NCBI RefSeq assembly: GCF_009834535.1
Contig: NC_045696.1
Location: 60,018,001 to 60,082,000, forward strand
DNA from: Camelus ferus
Lineage: Eukaryota
Length of the DNA: 64,000 bases
Direction of reading: 5' to 3'
Numbering within the stretch: position 1 is the stretch's first letter; each line of letters starts with the position of its first letter. This document shows, one piece after another, positions 1 to 13,469 of this stretch. The position numbers and the translations under genes were made by a program. Below the pieces are notes generated by a model. That model made no database searches. It saw nothing but the letters and a program-made list of their open reading frames with translations, and was not told the origin of the DNA.

Positions 1-1149
1 TCTACTGCCTTCATGCAAATGAGACACAGTAAGGGGACACTCCTTCCCTCTGTCGGCAGCCAGACTCTTGGTTCACAAGAGCAATCAAGTATCTCGGGCT
101 TGAAAGTTGAATGGAGCAAGCACTCCAACACAACTGTCCCCTACGGGAAAGGAGAAAGTTTGGAGCCTCCTGCTTTTGGGGGGCAGGGTGGGGGTAGCTC
201 ATGTGCCTGGCAGCCCTAACGCCCAATAGAACATCCTCTCTCTGGGGCCTCCCAACTGCCACAACTAGCCCTCTCCTAATGACAAAAACTTAAAGCAGGT
301 AAGCGAGGGCTCCTCACACAGCCGGCAGCCCAAGGCAGTGTCGCGCGAGTGCAGTCGCATAATCCCTGCCCTTTGCTCCGGAATCGTCCACAGTTAAGAG
401 GAGTGTGCGGGACGGAGCGTTTGTAAACCGCGGGATAAAACCAGGCAGAAAGGAATCAGATCCGGATGTCCCAGGTGGGGCTGTGGTTTGGGATGCGGGT
501 CTCCCCTCGAGTTTGCGGGGCTCGGGAGAGGAAGCTGGAAGAAGGCAGCTGGCCTCGGCGCGGTCAAATTCTAGGGATTAGCCACTGGGCCCTGAGCACC
601 CATACTCCCAGGAGACGAGCCCTGAGGAGTAGCGGTGGCCCCCACACTTTGGCTCCAGCGAAGATTCCGTGTCACGCGCTTCCAGCGGCCCTTCGCCTCC
701 CCGAGGCCAGGGCACCGGCTGCATCACTCAGCGCCTGCCAGCAGCTCGACAGCCCCAGGCCGGCCACAAGGGCCGCTTTGTGCCGGGGAATGCAGAGACC
801 CGTCCCCAACGCGGTGCTGGCGGCGGCCCTCCCCGCGCACAGGGCGCGGGTGCTCGCGGGCTGGGTCAGCAGACGGGCAGGGCTGTTTACACAGGAAGGC
901 TCCTCCTCGCCCGGGAGGCGACCGGAGGCGGACGACAGCCGGGCGGGAATGCAGCGGGCCGCGCGCGGGGTGGCGCACGCAGTTCGGAAGCCCTTACCCG
1001 GCAGTTCCCCGCGGCTCGCCCACCTGGGAGTCCCCGGGGGACGCCTTCCACCTTCAGATAACATCCCCTGCCCCAGCCCCTCCGAGATGCCTGCGGGCCG
1101 CTGGGTGCTCCACAAAGTTTCTTTCCGCACGGCGGGTGGCGCGGCTTAC

Positions 1150-1219
1150 CTGAGAGCCGGGGCACGAGCGCGCAGAGCCCGAGGAGGCAGGCGTACAGGG
1201 GAGCGGGGGCCCGCGGCAT
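1150..1219 (-). CDS. ITGB5: Integrin beta-5, coding exon 1 (signal peptide); the rest of the gene lies left of the window
   Basis: CCACCATG Kozak start at 1219; [23 protein letters not shown](G) matches the ITGB5 N-terminus; 70 coding nt then CAG|GTAAGC donor at 1149; adjacent to MUC13 as in other mammals. Confidence 0.96.
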
Positions 1220-1234
1220 GGTGGGGCGCCCAGC

Positions 1235-1339
1235 TCAGCGGCGGCGCGAGCGGCGGACGGCGCGGGGGCGGAGGGCCGGGGACCGCGGCCGGGCGGGAGG
1301 CGGGGGCAGCTGCGCTGGCCCGCGCCCCGCCGCCACCAT
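1235..1339 (-). other. Upstream ORF (34 aa) in the ITGB5 5' leader
   Basis: GGG-ATG-G start at 1339; MVAAGRGPAQLPPPPARPRSPALRPRAVRRSRRR-TGA; the stop ends 15 nt before the ITGB5 ATG, in the same frame. Confidence 0.6.
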
Positions 1340-3796
1340 CCCTCCCGCAGCGCTCGCCGCCGAGTCCCCGGGCCGCCGCTGCGCCGACTCGCCGGCCAGG
1401 ACGCTCGGGGTGTCGCCGCTAGGGACAGCCCCGGCGGGCGGCTCCGGGCAGAGGGGACGGCTGGCTTCTGAGCAGCGGCCGCGACTTCGGCTCCGGGACG
1501 CTGTCCGCGCTGAGGCTCCCCAACACGCCGCCACACACTGCAGTCGCCTCCGCCCCTTCCCTTCCTCCCTCCGGCCCGCCAGACTCTACTTTCCTCCTCT
1601 CCTTACTCCTCCCCTTCTTTCCCCTTCCCGGCCCCCGCCCGGCTGCCACACGGTCAGTTTACGGCGAGGCGGGGCGGGGCGATCTCCGCCCCGCGCGGCG
1701 GCGGGCCCGGGACCGGAGGCCGAGGGCGTCCAGGTGGAAGTCGCTTCCGGCGCACCTAGGGGCGGGGACGGTGATCAAAATCTCGGGGTAGGGCCTGGCT
1801 GGGCTTTCCTAGCAGCTGGGCCATACTGGAAGGGGGCGGGGCACGCTCCACAGGCAAGACGAGCTTACTTGGGGTTTCTAGACTTCAGGAGTGGGGTTCG
1901 GGGAGGGGGAATCATGCGGTGGCCATCTCGTCCTCCTAAAGCCGCGCTCGCCCAAGGGGTGGAGGCCCCTCTCATGTCACTGCGAGGCGACGCGCTCCGT
2001 GGGGAAGAGAGGGCACGTGGGGCGTGGAGGCACACAGAAAACCCACGTTAACCTCAGTAAAGTTTGCTCCTTTCGCGGATTCGAGACTAGCCAGTATGTC
2101 GCTATTCTGCGTTTTCCTTATCTCGATACACTGGCGGTTTCCGTGAAGTCAAACTGATAAACTAAAAAAACAGATGTTCAGGCTTTCACCTTATCCTTTA
2201 CATCTGAGCCGGTTCTGAAGTTGCCAGTTAAGAGTGGGTGTGGGGAGCTTCCCGTGACAGCACGTGCAAAGGACCAGGTGGGATTAGGCTGGGCCAGGTT
2301 GAATGGGTTAAGACTGAAATAGTTTATAGGCAAGAAGAGAGGAGGCGGCTTCCATGTAGAAGGAAATAATAATAGGATGCCCAACATGAACAAAAAGCAT
2401 ACTGCTAGCCAGGCACTGTAATGTAAAAATACTGCCTTAACTCCCGTAATCCTCCCCACAACTCTCCTGTTATCCAGATAAGAAAACTGAGGCACAAAAG
2501 GCTTAACTTGCAGAAATGCAGGAGCTGGATGCATTGTCCAGAAGTCTAGAGTGCCTTTACTGAAAGCAGAAGCAATAAGGAGTAAAGAGCAAAGTGATCT
2601 GACTTTTGTAAATCAGGAAGCAGTTGGATAGATGGCTCCCAGGAGGCAGGCAGGGGAAAGTTCTAACCACTGAGATTAGGGAATTTGGAGTTTAATCTTT
2701 AATTGTACACCTCCACTCGTGACTCTACCAAGGCAGTGCCTGATGCCAGAGGAAGTAAACATACTCTTGTGGTATAGTGTACACAGAGGCCAAGCTCCAA
2801 ATTTCACTTGAAGGCCAGTGTTTCATCCTTAGACTACATGCAAATATCATCATACTCTAAATACTCCCATGTTTGTTCTAATGTAAGAGTCATTCTTGTC
2901 CCTAAACATTTTCCAGTAAAATTGGTGCTGCAGAGGCTGCCCCAGGTTTATCTTGGGTCTTTCTGCCTCACTGGAGTGACCTTGGGGCTACTCTTATCCA
3001 TGCTTGAGAGGCAATGATTATAAATAATGGGCAGCCAGTGAAAGAGTTTGAACTGGGAGCTGTTATGTGCTGAGTGGTGATTTTAAAAGATTTGTCTGGT
3101 AGGGATGTGAAGGATGGATTAGATGGAAGGAAAGTTAAGTTGCAGAAACTAGGTAAATATTGCATTGACATGTACAATAGAAGCTTGCATTTATCAAGCA
3201 TCCTTTAAGTTTAGGCCCTGTGGCGTCTGATCTGTGCATCACCTTCCCCACTCCAGCATTGTGCTTCACTATTCAGACCCAACACAGACCCCTGTTTACC
3301 TGGACTGCACCTGGAAAGTACACTGCAGTCAAATCTGCCTTCCTCCTGTCCCACCTCGTGGTTCCCAACCTGCCCAGACCTGCCGTAAACCGCTGAATCC
3401 CAAGTGATGACAACATTCTTTTATGCTCCATTATCTCAGAACTGGTTTGGAGATGCCTCTTCTAATTCCTCCCAAGCCTTTGCTTTCTGGTTTGTAGCTT
3501 TTTCTTACCCAAGCATCCTCCCTTCCTTTTATTAAGCTGGAGGGTGGAAGTGCCCTTTAAATGCTTTGCCTTCCTCTGATAAGCAAATTTGGGGGGTCCC
3601 CCTCAGGAGAGAGACAAGGCAGTACTTCCTGAAACAACCTTTGTGGCTGCCTCAGGAACGCCTTATTTCTGATCCTTTCTGAGCTTCTGGGCCCAAAGGA
3701 GGCTGCTGGTTGGATTGAGTTTGAGTCTCAAGGCTTGAGCATGAATAACCCAGAGAAATTTTATGTTTCTTATTACTTTAAAAATAAGATTAGTTC

Positions 3797-4375
3797 CTCA
3801 AAAAGTTAAATATAGAATTAACATTTGATCCAGCAACTCGAACTCTCAAGTCCCAAAAAAATTGAAAGCAGGGCCTTAGACAGATACTTGTACGCCCATG
3901 TTCATAATGGCATTATTCACAATCGCTGAAAGGTGGAAACAACTCAAACATCCATCAACAGATGAATGGATAAATAAAATGTAGTATCGACATACAATGG
4001 ATTATTCGCCTTAAAAAGGAATTAAATACTGATATGTGTTACAACACAGATGCACCTTGAAAACATTAAGCTAGGTAAATTAGTGAGACACAAAAGAAAA
4101 AGTACTGTATGATTCTACTTATATGTGGGACCTAGAATAAGCAAATTCATAGAGTCAAAGAGTATAACAGAGGTTTCCAGGGGCTAGAGAGAGGTCATGG
4201 GGAGTTATTAATTAATGGGCACAGAGTTTCAGTTTGGGATAATGGAAAAGTTCTGGAAATGGATCATGGTGATGGTTGCACAACATTGTAAATATACTTA
4301 AGGCCAGTGAATGTACACTTAAAAATGACTAAAATGATCAATTTTATGTTATGTATATTTTACCATAATTTTTTT
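3797..4375 (+). mobile_element. Old L1 (L1M-type) 3' fragment
   Basis: Typical ORF2-end/3'UTR motifs: ttcctcaaaaagttaaatatagaatta, tccatcaacagatgaatggataaataaaatgt, ggaaaagttctggaaatggat. Confidence 0.8.
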
Positions 4376-4610
4376 TAAACTGCCTGAAATCAGATTAGTT
4401 AAGTTTCCTATTTCACAATTCAGATTTACATGCTAACTCTCTCCCACAGAGTTGTCATATTGTGCAATTCAATTTATAATCCAGGTCAAAAATATTTTAC
4501 TGATAAACAGTTGCCATTTAATATGCAGGGAAGAAAGTTGGAGCAGCAAAAGACAACAACCCTACAGTAGTCACCTGAGTTTGGGTAATATGCTTCATTT
4601 ACTTTACTTT

Positions 4611-4766
4611 TTGTTTTTTAAAATATTTTATTTATTATTTTATTTTGGCAGGTGGGGGGAGGGGAGGTAATTAGGCTTATTTCTTTTTAGAGGAGGTATT
4701 AGGGATTGAACCCAGGACCTCATGCATGTTAAGCATGTGCTCTTCCACTTGAGCTATACCCTCCCC
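4611..4766 (-). mobile_element. tRNA-derived SINE (resembles camelid Vic-1) with target-site duplication
   Basis: Minus strand GGGGAGGGTATAGCTCAAGTGG (A box) ... GGTTCAATCCC (B box) and A-rich tail; flanked by direct repeat cttcatttactttacttt at 4593-4610 and 4767-4784. Confidence 0.85.
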
Positions 4767-7700
4767 CTTCATTTACTTTACTTTTAATAGTAATTTCTGG
4801 TATTGTCACAGTGGAAAAAATGAATGATTCCAGTGACAGAATATTACAAAAAATTTTTGCAGCAATTGATGGGGCAATGAAACATGTATAAACTTTTCTT
4901 TAAGGTTAATATTAAGTTGTCATTTTAAAAATACCAAATTATATTCCTTTTTATAGGAAAATGTTCTATATAGGTTTTTGTCTCCCTACAGTACTCGGTC
5001 CCGGTTAGGAAACCATAATCCCCATGCCAGCCCTCAGAGGTTTGCTGCCCATCTGGGACTGCCAAGGACAGATCTAAAGGCATGGTGCAGATAAAGGACA
5101 AACAAGGAGAGAGGCAGATGACAGGCCAGAGTGAGCATACCAGGTTCCATTTTGGTGAAAATAGCCTACTAGGTGAACTGGCATATAGTAGATCCTTCAG
5201 TAAGTTTTGGTGGTTTATTTGGAGTTAAGCATGCACACTGCGGTTATGCCAAGACTGAGATGGGTAGAATTTCATATTGAGAAATGGAATACAGAAAACA
5301 TCTTGATGGAAATTTTCAACAAGGAAAGGTGTTTCTGTTCATTGTTGCTTTTGATATACCAATGTAGTTGTAAATCACAGAAATGCCACATTCCTCTGAA
5401 GCTGTTGAGAAGCACATTCAAACTTATTTACAGAGCAGCTAGCACATCCTTGATAAAGAAGTCATGTGTCTTCAACCTCTCTGTTCATAGAATTATCAAT
5501 TCTGAAAGGGCTCATTCATTACTATATCTTTCTGATAGCAATTTTTCAAAGATTAGTTTTGAACATATTTTTAAAATTACATATTCCAGAGAGAATGTAT
5601 GTTTTCCAGCCTTCATGAACTGAAATATTTTAAAACAATATCCATTAATAAAATTACAGTAAAAGTTGTGATAGTTTTCAATTAATTTTGGCGTGTCTGT
5701 TTCCTTTTTTAGAACACTTTTCTTTAAAATTGTCTGCAGAGCTTAGACCCAGAGGAGACTGCTGGAGTCTTTCTCTAAATGCCCCTTTTCCAATTTAGCA
5801 AAGCCATCACAATTTGTTTCTTTTTCTAGAAGTTATCTCATACCACCTAAAGAACACAAACTCTTTTCTAGTTATTTAAATGAAAACTACAATGAATGAG
5901 GACAAGTACACACACACACACATACACACACACATCCCCCTTTTAAATTAAACATGTCTAGAGACTTCTGGAGTAAATGTCAGGGAAAAAGGAGTGAGAA
6001 GGGAATGGGGAAGGGGCACAGGACTGATATGGTCCATGCAGATGTGGCCTGGGGAGAAATGCCACAGAATGGGGGGATGGACAGAGGGCAGTGAACACCA
6101 CAAACACGGGCAAGGAGGAGATAGCTGAAGACTGGAAGGAATGAGCAGGTACCTTGGGAATGTGCTGGAAAGCTGAGCCAGCATTCTGCCTCGGCCACTT
6201 GAGTACCATTTTTTTAATCCTCCTTTTCACCCACACTTTTGTCCTTGCCACCCCCGACTTCTTTCTTGCCTTTCTCTTCTGCCTTGTCTTCTTGCTATCA
6301 GTGGTCCTGAAGATAATGCTTAGCTAGGCACTCAGCAGCTTTTCAAAAGGTATGACAAGCCTCGACCCCCTACCCCTTTCTAGGGGCCAGGTTTGGGGCT
6401 GCAGTGGGGGTGGAGTCTGTGCAGCTGCTCAAGGACCAGGTCTGCAGAAGTCAAGGGCCAACAGCCCTGCAAGAAGGCATCAAGCCTCTAGCTTGGGACC
6501 CAACTTTGGCCTGTGGACAGGGGCTACTGCCCCTTTCATAGAATATAGCTCTTCATATTTAATTGCTAACGGAGGAAAACTATAAATCTGGGCTCGGAAT
6601 CAGAAGAATTCAGTCCCGTTCCTCAGTGCCATCAACTAGCTGAGCAACCATGCAATTGCCTGCCCCTTTCTCAGTCTCAGCTTGCTCACTTGGAAAGCAA
6701 AAGATCCAGTCCATGCCAGAGCTGGCTCTGTAATTATTACCTGTGAAGTCAGATGTGTTTGGCACTTGGCAGTAGGCTCTGGTTTACATAACCTGTTCTA
6801 CCAACTAAAAACTGTCCTTCAGAAAACCACTGCCTTTTAACAGGTTGCAGGACCTGGTCGAACACGTTCTCTTCATGGGAAGATCGTGAGGGCCTGAGAA
6901 CGGACTCTGAAAATGAGCACTTCACTTCTTTGAGGGATGTTCCAAGGAGCCTCCATCAGCTCCCCGGCTAATCTGCTCTGATTATTTAATCATCAGTCAC
7001 AGTAGGTTCTTCATTCTGTGTAACCCAAGTTCCTTCTTTGGTAGCTTCCTCTTCCTCAGCCTCCGTGGAGATAGGTCATTGTCTGCTCTAACATTTCAGA
7101 GGCCATAAAATGAAACATGATGCCTGCAGTGCCCACCAGTGGTTCCTCCTAAGTTCAACTAAATATTCAGACTCATGAGCCTTCCAGAGGCCACACTTGG
7201 CTTTAGTCAGAAAGATGTAGGGAGGAACCACAATTGACCAGCATGGCAGCATCAAGAGTTCGTCTCATGGGTGCCCTAGTCCAGTCTCGCATAGCAGTCA
7301 TCTCAGGTGCAAGGAGATAAGGTCTCTGTTGCACAGGCATAGGTGCCTCCCTGTCTTAGAAGCCATTATATTTTGTAATAACTCCAGGGGTATAGTCTCC
7401 AGGTTCCTCACAAAGACAAGCCCGTTCAAAAAGCCACGACACTTAGAATGGCCCAAAGAATGGTGCCCAGCAGGTATTTGTAGTTCGATCAGGTAGTTAC
7501 AGTATCAATCATTGCTATAAAACATACCCCACTCTTCCCATTTGGACTCTGACGCTTAGAGAAGTAATAACAAGCTTAGAGTCAACATCTCCTGACTCCA
7601 AGGTCCACTGTCCTTTCTGTTCTACCACAGCTGCCTCATTTCGAATGGAAATTTTGATCTTCACTGTGACTATGACATAGTCTTAATATAATTTGTACTT

Positions 7701-8854
7701 AAAAGAAATACAGCTTCAAATTTTCTGAAGTGCAATCCCACCTAACAGTGGGTCTTATCTGTGATTATTTCAGAACATATTTATATGCAGGAAATATTTA
7801 CATAAATCAGCAAATACATCTGGAAATACCTGTCACACAGGCATTCATTGAATGTTCATTGCATAGTCATGTGCTTCCTGAATTGGGAGGTGGACCCACA
7901 TGATTTCTCAGGGAGAGAGTTTTGACCCACTAGTCTTCCAAGTCATATTACACAGGGGGGCCATCCGGGGTCACAGCGGGCCTTTCATTACAAGGAGCTC
8001 CATGCTTTATAGCTATCCTCATCCCCAGACCACAATTAACAGCAAACACAGGGCCTTTTACCCTCAGGTCAATAAGCTGAAGTGTAGTTAGCTGTGGAGA
8101 TTTGCAAGCCATGCAAATCACTGTTTTCCAAATGCAGCCGAAGGACAAAGCCCAGCCAGGCCCAAGGCAGGATGCCCACAAGTTATAACTTGAGCCAGCT
8201 GGGCTCCCTCCCTCCAAAGAGACCAGGGAGGGCACTGCAAGTTTCTCCATGCAAGAAGACAGGACTTGAGTAAATGCCTTACCAAGTTTAGTTGTTCAGC
8301 CTTCTCATCAGAAAAAGCAGGCGGGCACACACTTGGTGTAATTGAAAGGTCAGTAGACCAGGAAATCAGATGATTATGCAACACACGAGGCCCATCACAG
8401 ACTGGCCCCGACCCCCACCCTCACAAACACATTCTCACCTTTGCACACCGTGTTTCTTCTCCTTAGAAGGTCCTATCCCTGATCTTTCCAGTTGGTAAAC
8501 TGACTCATCTTTCCATACCCAGCTCAAGCCTTCCAGAGCTGATGTTCACAGACTCTTTTCCTCCTTGTTCTCAAAGGGCTTGGTCCTTGCTCCATCACAT
8601 GAGCTGAATTCGAAATTACTTACTTACGTTGTGACTGACTCTCTGACTTAACTGAGAATTAAGAGAATAGGCACTTAAAGAGTATTTGTGGCATGACTCA
8701 TTTATTTAACAAATATTTACGGAGTGTATACTCTGTGCCAGATACTGTTCTAGGTTAGGGATGGAATAGTGGTATTTATGCAGAATCTTGAATGATGAGA
8801 AAATGCTGTAAGGTAAAGGAAGGGAGAGAGAGAGACGGGATAGCTGTTCACAGA

Positions 8855-9181
8855 GCACCCATTTCTTCATCTTCCTGGACATATAGCTCTGCTTTATTCC
8901 TCTGCCTCCCCTGGTGTGTTGGGTGTGGCTATATGACTGAGCTCTAAGCCAATGTGATGTGGGGAGAAAGGAGATGTATTAACACCAGACGTGACCCCCC
9001 CAAAAATCTCTCTTGCATGGTCCTCCGCACTCTTTCCTCTTCCACTAGATTGATGCAGATGAGTGCAGTGTGACCTTGAGAAACATGTTCCTAGTGAGGA
9101 AATCATAGCAAGAGGGAGCCTGGATCACCACTTAGAGGAGAGCAGAGGGCTCATCAGGAACGCCCAGGAGCAAGAATAGAC
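8855..9181 (+). mobile_element. MLT1-like (ERVL-MaLR) LTR relic
   Basis: Degenerate motifs ggtgtggctatatgactgagctctaagccaatg ... gagcctggatc ... gagcaagaatagac. Confidence 0.5.
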
Positions 9182-9516
9182 GTCTCTGGATTATAAGGGG
9201 GTCCACTGTCCAAAAGTTTATTTGTATTGACACTTTTGAGGTGTGTGTGTGTTTTCTGAAAGTTTGAGACTTAGAATAATAATGGAAACATTTAAAAGAT
9301 TAGTTAAATATAGATGTTCTATTACAGAATGAGAATTATGTACCATTTTGAAGATATTATATAAGTTAACTCTTTTCAAGAAAATGGTAAAGACGCTTAG
9401 TCAGGGCTGGGTAAGAGAGTCTTTCTGTTGTGGCCTAAGCCTTTTTAAAAAACATACTTAAAAAGTGTCAATGCAAATAGACATTTGGACAATCGACTCC
9501 ATTATAATCCAGAGAC
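9182..9516. repeat. Imperfect long inverted repeat (arms about 65 bp), probably an ancient MITE/DNA transposon
   Basis: Left arm gtctctggattataagggggtccactgtccaaaagtttatttgtattgacactttt is the near reverse complement of the right arm ending ...aaaagtgtcaatgcaaatagacatttggacaatcgactccattataatccagagac. Confidence 0.75.
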
Positions 9517-10189
9517 TTCTCTTGTTTTGCCCTAATTCTATTGATTTGCTTCCATAATCCAGATTATTTTTTGCTCTAGGATGTTACTTCATTGAAATAG
9601 GGCCTTCTTTCTATCATTCAGTGAATTTTTTTGAGGACCTTCTACATACCAGAGAAATGAGACAGAGGGCTTTTCTCCGGAAGCTCAGGAGCAGAGAAGG
9701 GCTGGCTGATAAAGGTAGTATTAAGGGGGAATGAGGATGTCAGCCCAACGGGGGGGGGGTCACTTCCAGCTTGGACTCTGTCAGGAGGTTATTGTTTCCA
9801 GCAAATGGAAAGAAGCCTCAAAGATTCGAGAATGGAGCGACTTCTCACTAGAGAGAGAGAAGCTGGAACCGTGCCCTGACCCCAAACAGAGGAAGCCAGA
9901 GCTGCAGGTGGCAGTCATACACAGCAGGCATTTTGCAGATGATTTTAGCTGATTTACTTCAATGGAGAGAATACTTTCTGAAATTTGAACAATTGCATAA
10001 AGACAAAATGTTTCACTTTTGGTAATAAAGACCCGTAAACCTACAAGCTCCAGGAAGCTCTGTTTGTGTCCGGCACCAGGCCTAGTCAATATAGGACACT
10101 CTCAGTTTCAAATGTATGTCTCACTGTCTCTACTGACCACTGAAATATCCTACATATGTCAATATTTTGGCATTAAATGCCAGAGACGT

Positions 10190-10465
10190 AGGCTCTGGGG
10201 TCAGACTGCATGGGTTTGAATCCCAGCTGTATTGCTTACTACCTATGGGACTTTGAGCAAATTTCTTACCTCTGTTTCCCCAACTGTTGAACAAGGATAA
10301 TAATAGCATCTACTTCATGACTGTGAGAACGGAAAAGGGTTAATATATGTAAATATATGTAAAGCATATGCAACACATTAAAGCATATGCAATAATATGT
10401 AAAGCACTAGAAATTGTACCTGGCATGCATTAAATATTCCATGCTATATTACTGTGATTATTATT
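10190..10465 (+). mobile_element. MIR SINE
   Basis: ggctctggggtcagactgcatgggtttgaatcccagc ... gataataatagcatctacttcat ... gtaaagcactagaaattgtacctggca. Confidence 0.7.
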
Positions 10466-11929
10466 GTTGTTTGTCAAACTGGTGCTCTCATCTAGGAGCA
10501 GGAGAGAAACCTTTTATTAGAGCACATGTCATGATTGTGGGCTCAACAAAATATTATTGAGCCTATAGGAATTATGAAGCCTTTGATGGTCTCCTCCAAG
10601 GTTCTGTCTTTGAATAAAAGAACACACGTCACAACCTGGAGGTTGAAGAGAAGATCCCCACACTGTGCCCCAGGGTTCTTCTTGACCTCATTCTCTAAAA
10701 GCCCAGCTACACCTTGCTCACCTCATAAAAACTGATGAAAGACAGAAACCTCTCACTGGTGGCATTTTTTTTTTTAATTTAAAATGAAGAATTGTTCCAT
10801 GAAAACGGGTATATCTCCTTTTTTATTTTGGAAAACCATTAAATAAAATGTTACCTGAATAATTCTACCAAACTATACACACCATTAAGATGACATTAAC
10901 ATGACTTCAATACTAATCTTTATTGGACCACTAAAAAGAAACGTACTATCTCTAGCGATCCAGTAACAATTATGCAAATAGTGCAACAACAGTGAACTGA
11001 TAACATTCATATTTCCCTGACACAACAGTGAGGACAGAAGAGACCAAGAAAAATCAAAGGGGAATTATTTAGAATTGTTGCCTTAAAAGTGAAAGATTTC
11101 AAACAAACCTTTTAAAAGAGCTGTCCCCCAGAAGCCCGGTGTTGGCAAGCCATAGGAGACAGCGCCACCTACTGGCCATGGAATTTCCCCACCTGCTAGG
11201 AAGGGGCAAGAGGGTGGTGGGTAGTTAGGTGGGGCAAAACTGCCCCCAGAGATGTAAGTTTCAAGCTCTTCTGGTGCTGGTGTCACCTGGATGCCTGACC
11301 TCCTCCACAAGGAGGCTCGGAGCCCTCTGAAGCTTCTTGTGTGTAATGGACTCTTGGTTTCTAGAATCTCTGGGGAAGGGATGAGATATGTGATCTGGGG
11401 CTTGACTGCCAGGAGCAAGTGGTTCTCAAACTCCCCTGCACATTCGAGTCACCTGCGGAGCTTAACAAGCCTGCCCTAGACCAATGAAGCGCTGCGCTCT
11501 GGGATGGGACCCAGGCATCAGTGATTATTAAATCTTCTCAGGTGACTTGAATGTAAGCTGAGACCTGCTGCTGTCGGGGCAGCAGCCCATCATCCCCGGC
11601 CGGCTTCACCCAAGGCTGACCTCAGAGAGCCTTCAGGCGGAAGTGGACATCAGCAGAATGACACGTATGTGCTCCTGCCCTGTCTTAGGGCTGTGATCAG
11701 AGGATGCCTCCCTCAAGGTCAGAGAGGCCCCTGCATGAGCGGCCACCCCTACTTGAAAAAAAAAAAAGCTTTGTTGTGGTACACTTGATGTACAATAAAC
11801 TGCACTTACACGAAGCATACGATTTCAGTTTTGGTAGACCTGGGAACCTTCACCACCATCAAGATAATCAACATACCCCTTGGAGACCAAGCTGGAAGAG
11901 TCCCGTTTTCTACTGTCTCACAAACTGTT

Positions 11930-12420
11930 TAATATTCTGCACCAGGCACTGTGCTGGGTAAGAAGGAAACAGACTCACCGTGTGGAACCTCTTTCCTGGG
12001 GGAGTGAGTTCCAGGAGCCCGTTGGGATCTGAAGGACTAGATACTTCTACTCGGGAGTGCCGGGTGGAGAAGAGGAGAATTAGGAAAAGCTGGTCAGAGG
12101 AGGCAGAGGTGCTCACTAGGCAGCTGAAGGAAAGGGGCATTTCAAGTGTAGGGCACAGCACAGGCAAAGACACGGAGGTATGAGGAGGTGGACGTTCAGG
12201 GAGCAGCAGGTGTGCCAGTGTTAGTGCCCTGCAGGGGAGGGGAGGGGAGGGGAGGCGAGGCCAAGCTGGAGCAGCTGGTGGCAGCAGCTGCAGGACTGAG
12301 GAGCCACAAGCAGCCTGGCTTGATTCTCTCAATAGAGAACCGCTGAAAACCTTAAGCAAGGGAGTGTCCTGATCAGATTCACATCTTCGAAAGTTCATTC
12401 TGACAGCCCTCCAAGGTTGC
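11930..12420 (+). mobile_element. L2 LINE relic
   Basis: ccaggcactgtgctgggt ... ggcaaagacacggagg ... ttaagcaagggagtgtcctgatcagattcacatcttcgaaagttcattctgacagc resemble L2 motifs. Confidence 0.55.
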
Positions 12421-12937
12421 AGGACAATCAGAAAACCTTTGCAAAGGTCCCAATGAGCAGAAGCAAATGAATTACAGGCCATATTATGCAAGAATCAAAA
12501 GCAACTTTGGAGGCTAAAGCCATCTACATAAACATTACACATACACATACTTAGAGCATGATTTTTATTCAAACAATAGCAATGAAAGTCTCCCAAGAAT
12601 GGATGTACTCTGGTCCATGAAGCCCAGAGTTCTGCAGGCCCAGGGCCTTTGAGAAGTGATGGAAACTGGCATGGTCTGGTGCAGAGGGGCACAAGAGAAG
12701 TGGGACTTTTTAGTAAAGAGGTAGAAATAGCCTACGTTTAGCACTAAATCCAGAATCATCTTCAGATGTAAAGCAGGTAGCACACAGGTCAGAAATAGAA
12801 TCTGTGATGACGTTACAGTGGCCAGCCAATTTAAAGTTATGTCTGCATTGATTCTGCTGGTGTTAACCTATTGATGGATGGCCAGTGTCTTTACAGTGGG
12901 CATTAATAGCTCATAAAAGTGTTTCTTTTATTCCTTT

Positions 12938-13469
12938 TGTTACCGAGTCCAAATTTGTTCTGCTCGCCGCATGACAGGCCTATAAATCGGGAGACAAGGT
13001 GTTGGGGCAACAAATAGCAACTTTATTCAGAAAGCCAGCAGACCGAGAGGATGGCAGACTAATGTCTTGGAGAACCATCCTATCCAGTCAGGATACAGGC
13101 TTCTTTTACACACAAAAAAAAAAAACCAGGGGAGGGGGTGTGGCTGGTTGTTGCAAACTTCCTGCTGTAGGAATTCTGTGTTCTTGCAGACGTCCACTTG
13201 GGTCAGGCCACGGTGTCCCTGTAAACCTCCAACTAAACAAACGTTATTCTCTATTTTGCAACTTGCCATCTCTACGTAAGCGCACGAGTGCTAACATCCT
13301 TAAAGGTCAGAGCCCGGAGAATAGGCTCTCCTGTATATTCCAGGCCAAAGGCAACACTGTTTCACAAAGGGTGCAGAGCTAGCAAGACTAAGCCTAGGAA
13401 ACAGAGCACAGTGGTTAAAACTAAAGGAACAGATCCAATGTAGAGTCAGATTTGTTCTCCTCTATTACA
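12938..13469 (-). mobile_element. ERV solo LTR (about 530 bp)
   Basis: TG...CA termini (tgttaccgag ... tctattaca), near-matching 4-bp flanks cttt/cctt, minus-strand AATAAA at 13022-13027. Confidence 0.7.

Larger units (their letters stand above)
330..2150. promoter_or_regulatory. CpG island / promoter of ITGB5, with GC boxes (GGGGCGGGGC) at about 1667-1681; boundaries approximate
   Basis: Very GC- and CpG-rich stretch spanning ITGB5 exon 1 and its upstream region; tandem Sp1-type GC boxes. Confidence 0.85.

Noticed and set aside
466..2051. Long GC-rich ORFs on both strands (318 aa, 277 aa and others)
   Set aside because: Stop-poor CpG-island sequence with low-complexity Arg/Gly/Pro/Ala translations; only the 70-nt ITGB5 exon and the uORF have supporting signals
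4690..4766. tRNA gene (A and B boxes)
   Set aside because: It is the head of a tRNA-derived SINE with tail and TSD, not a cloverleaf gene
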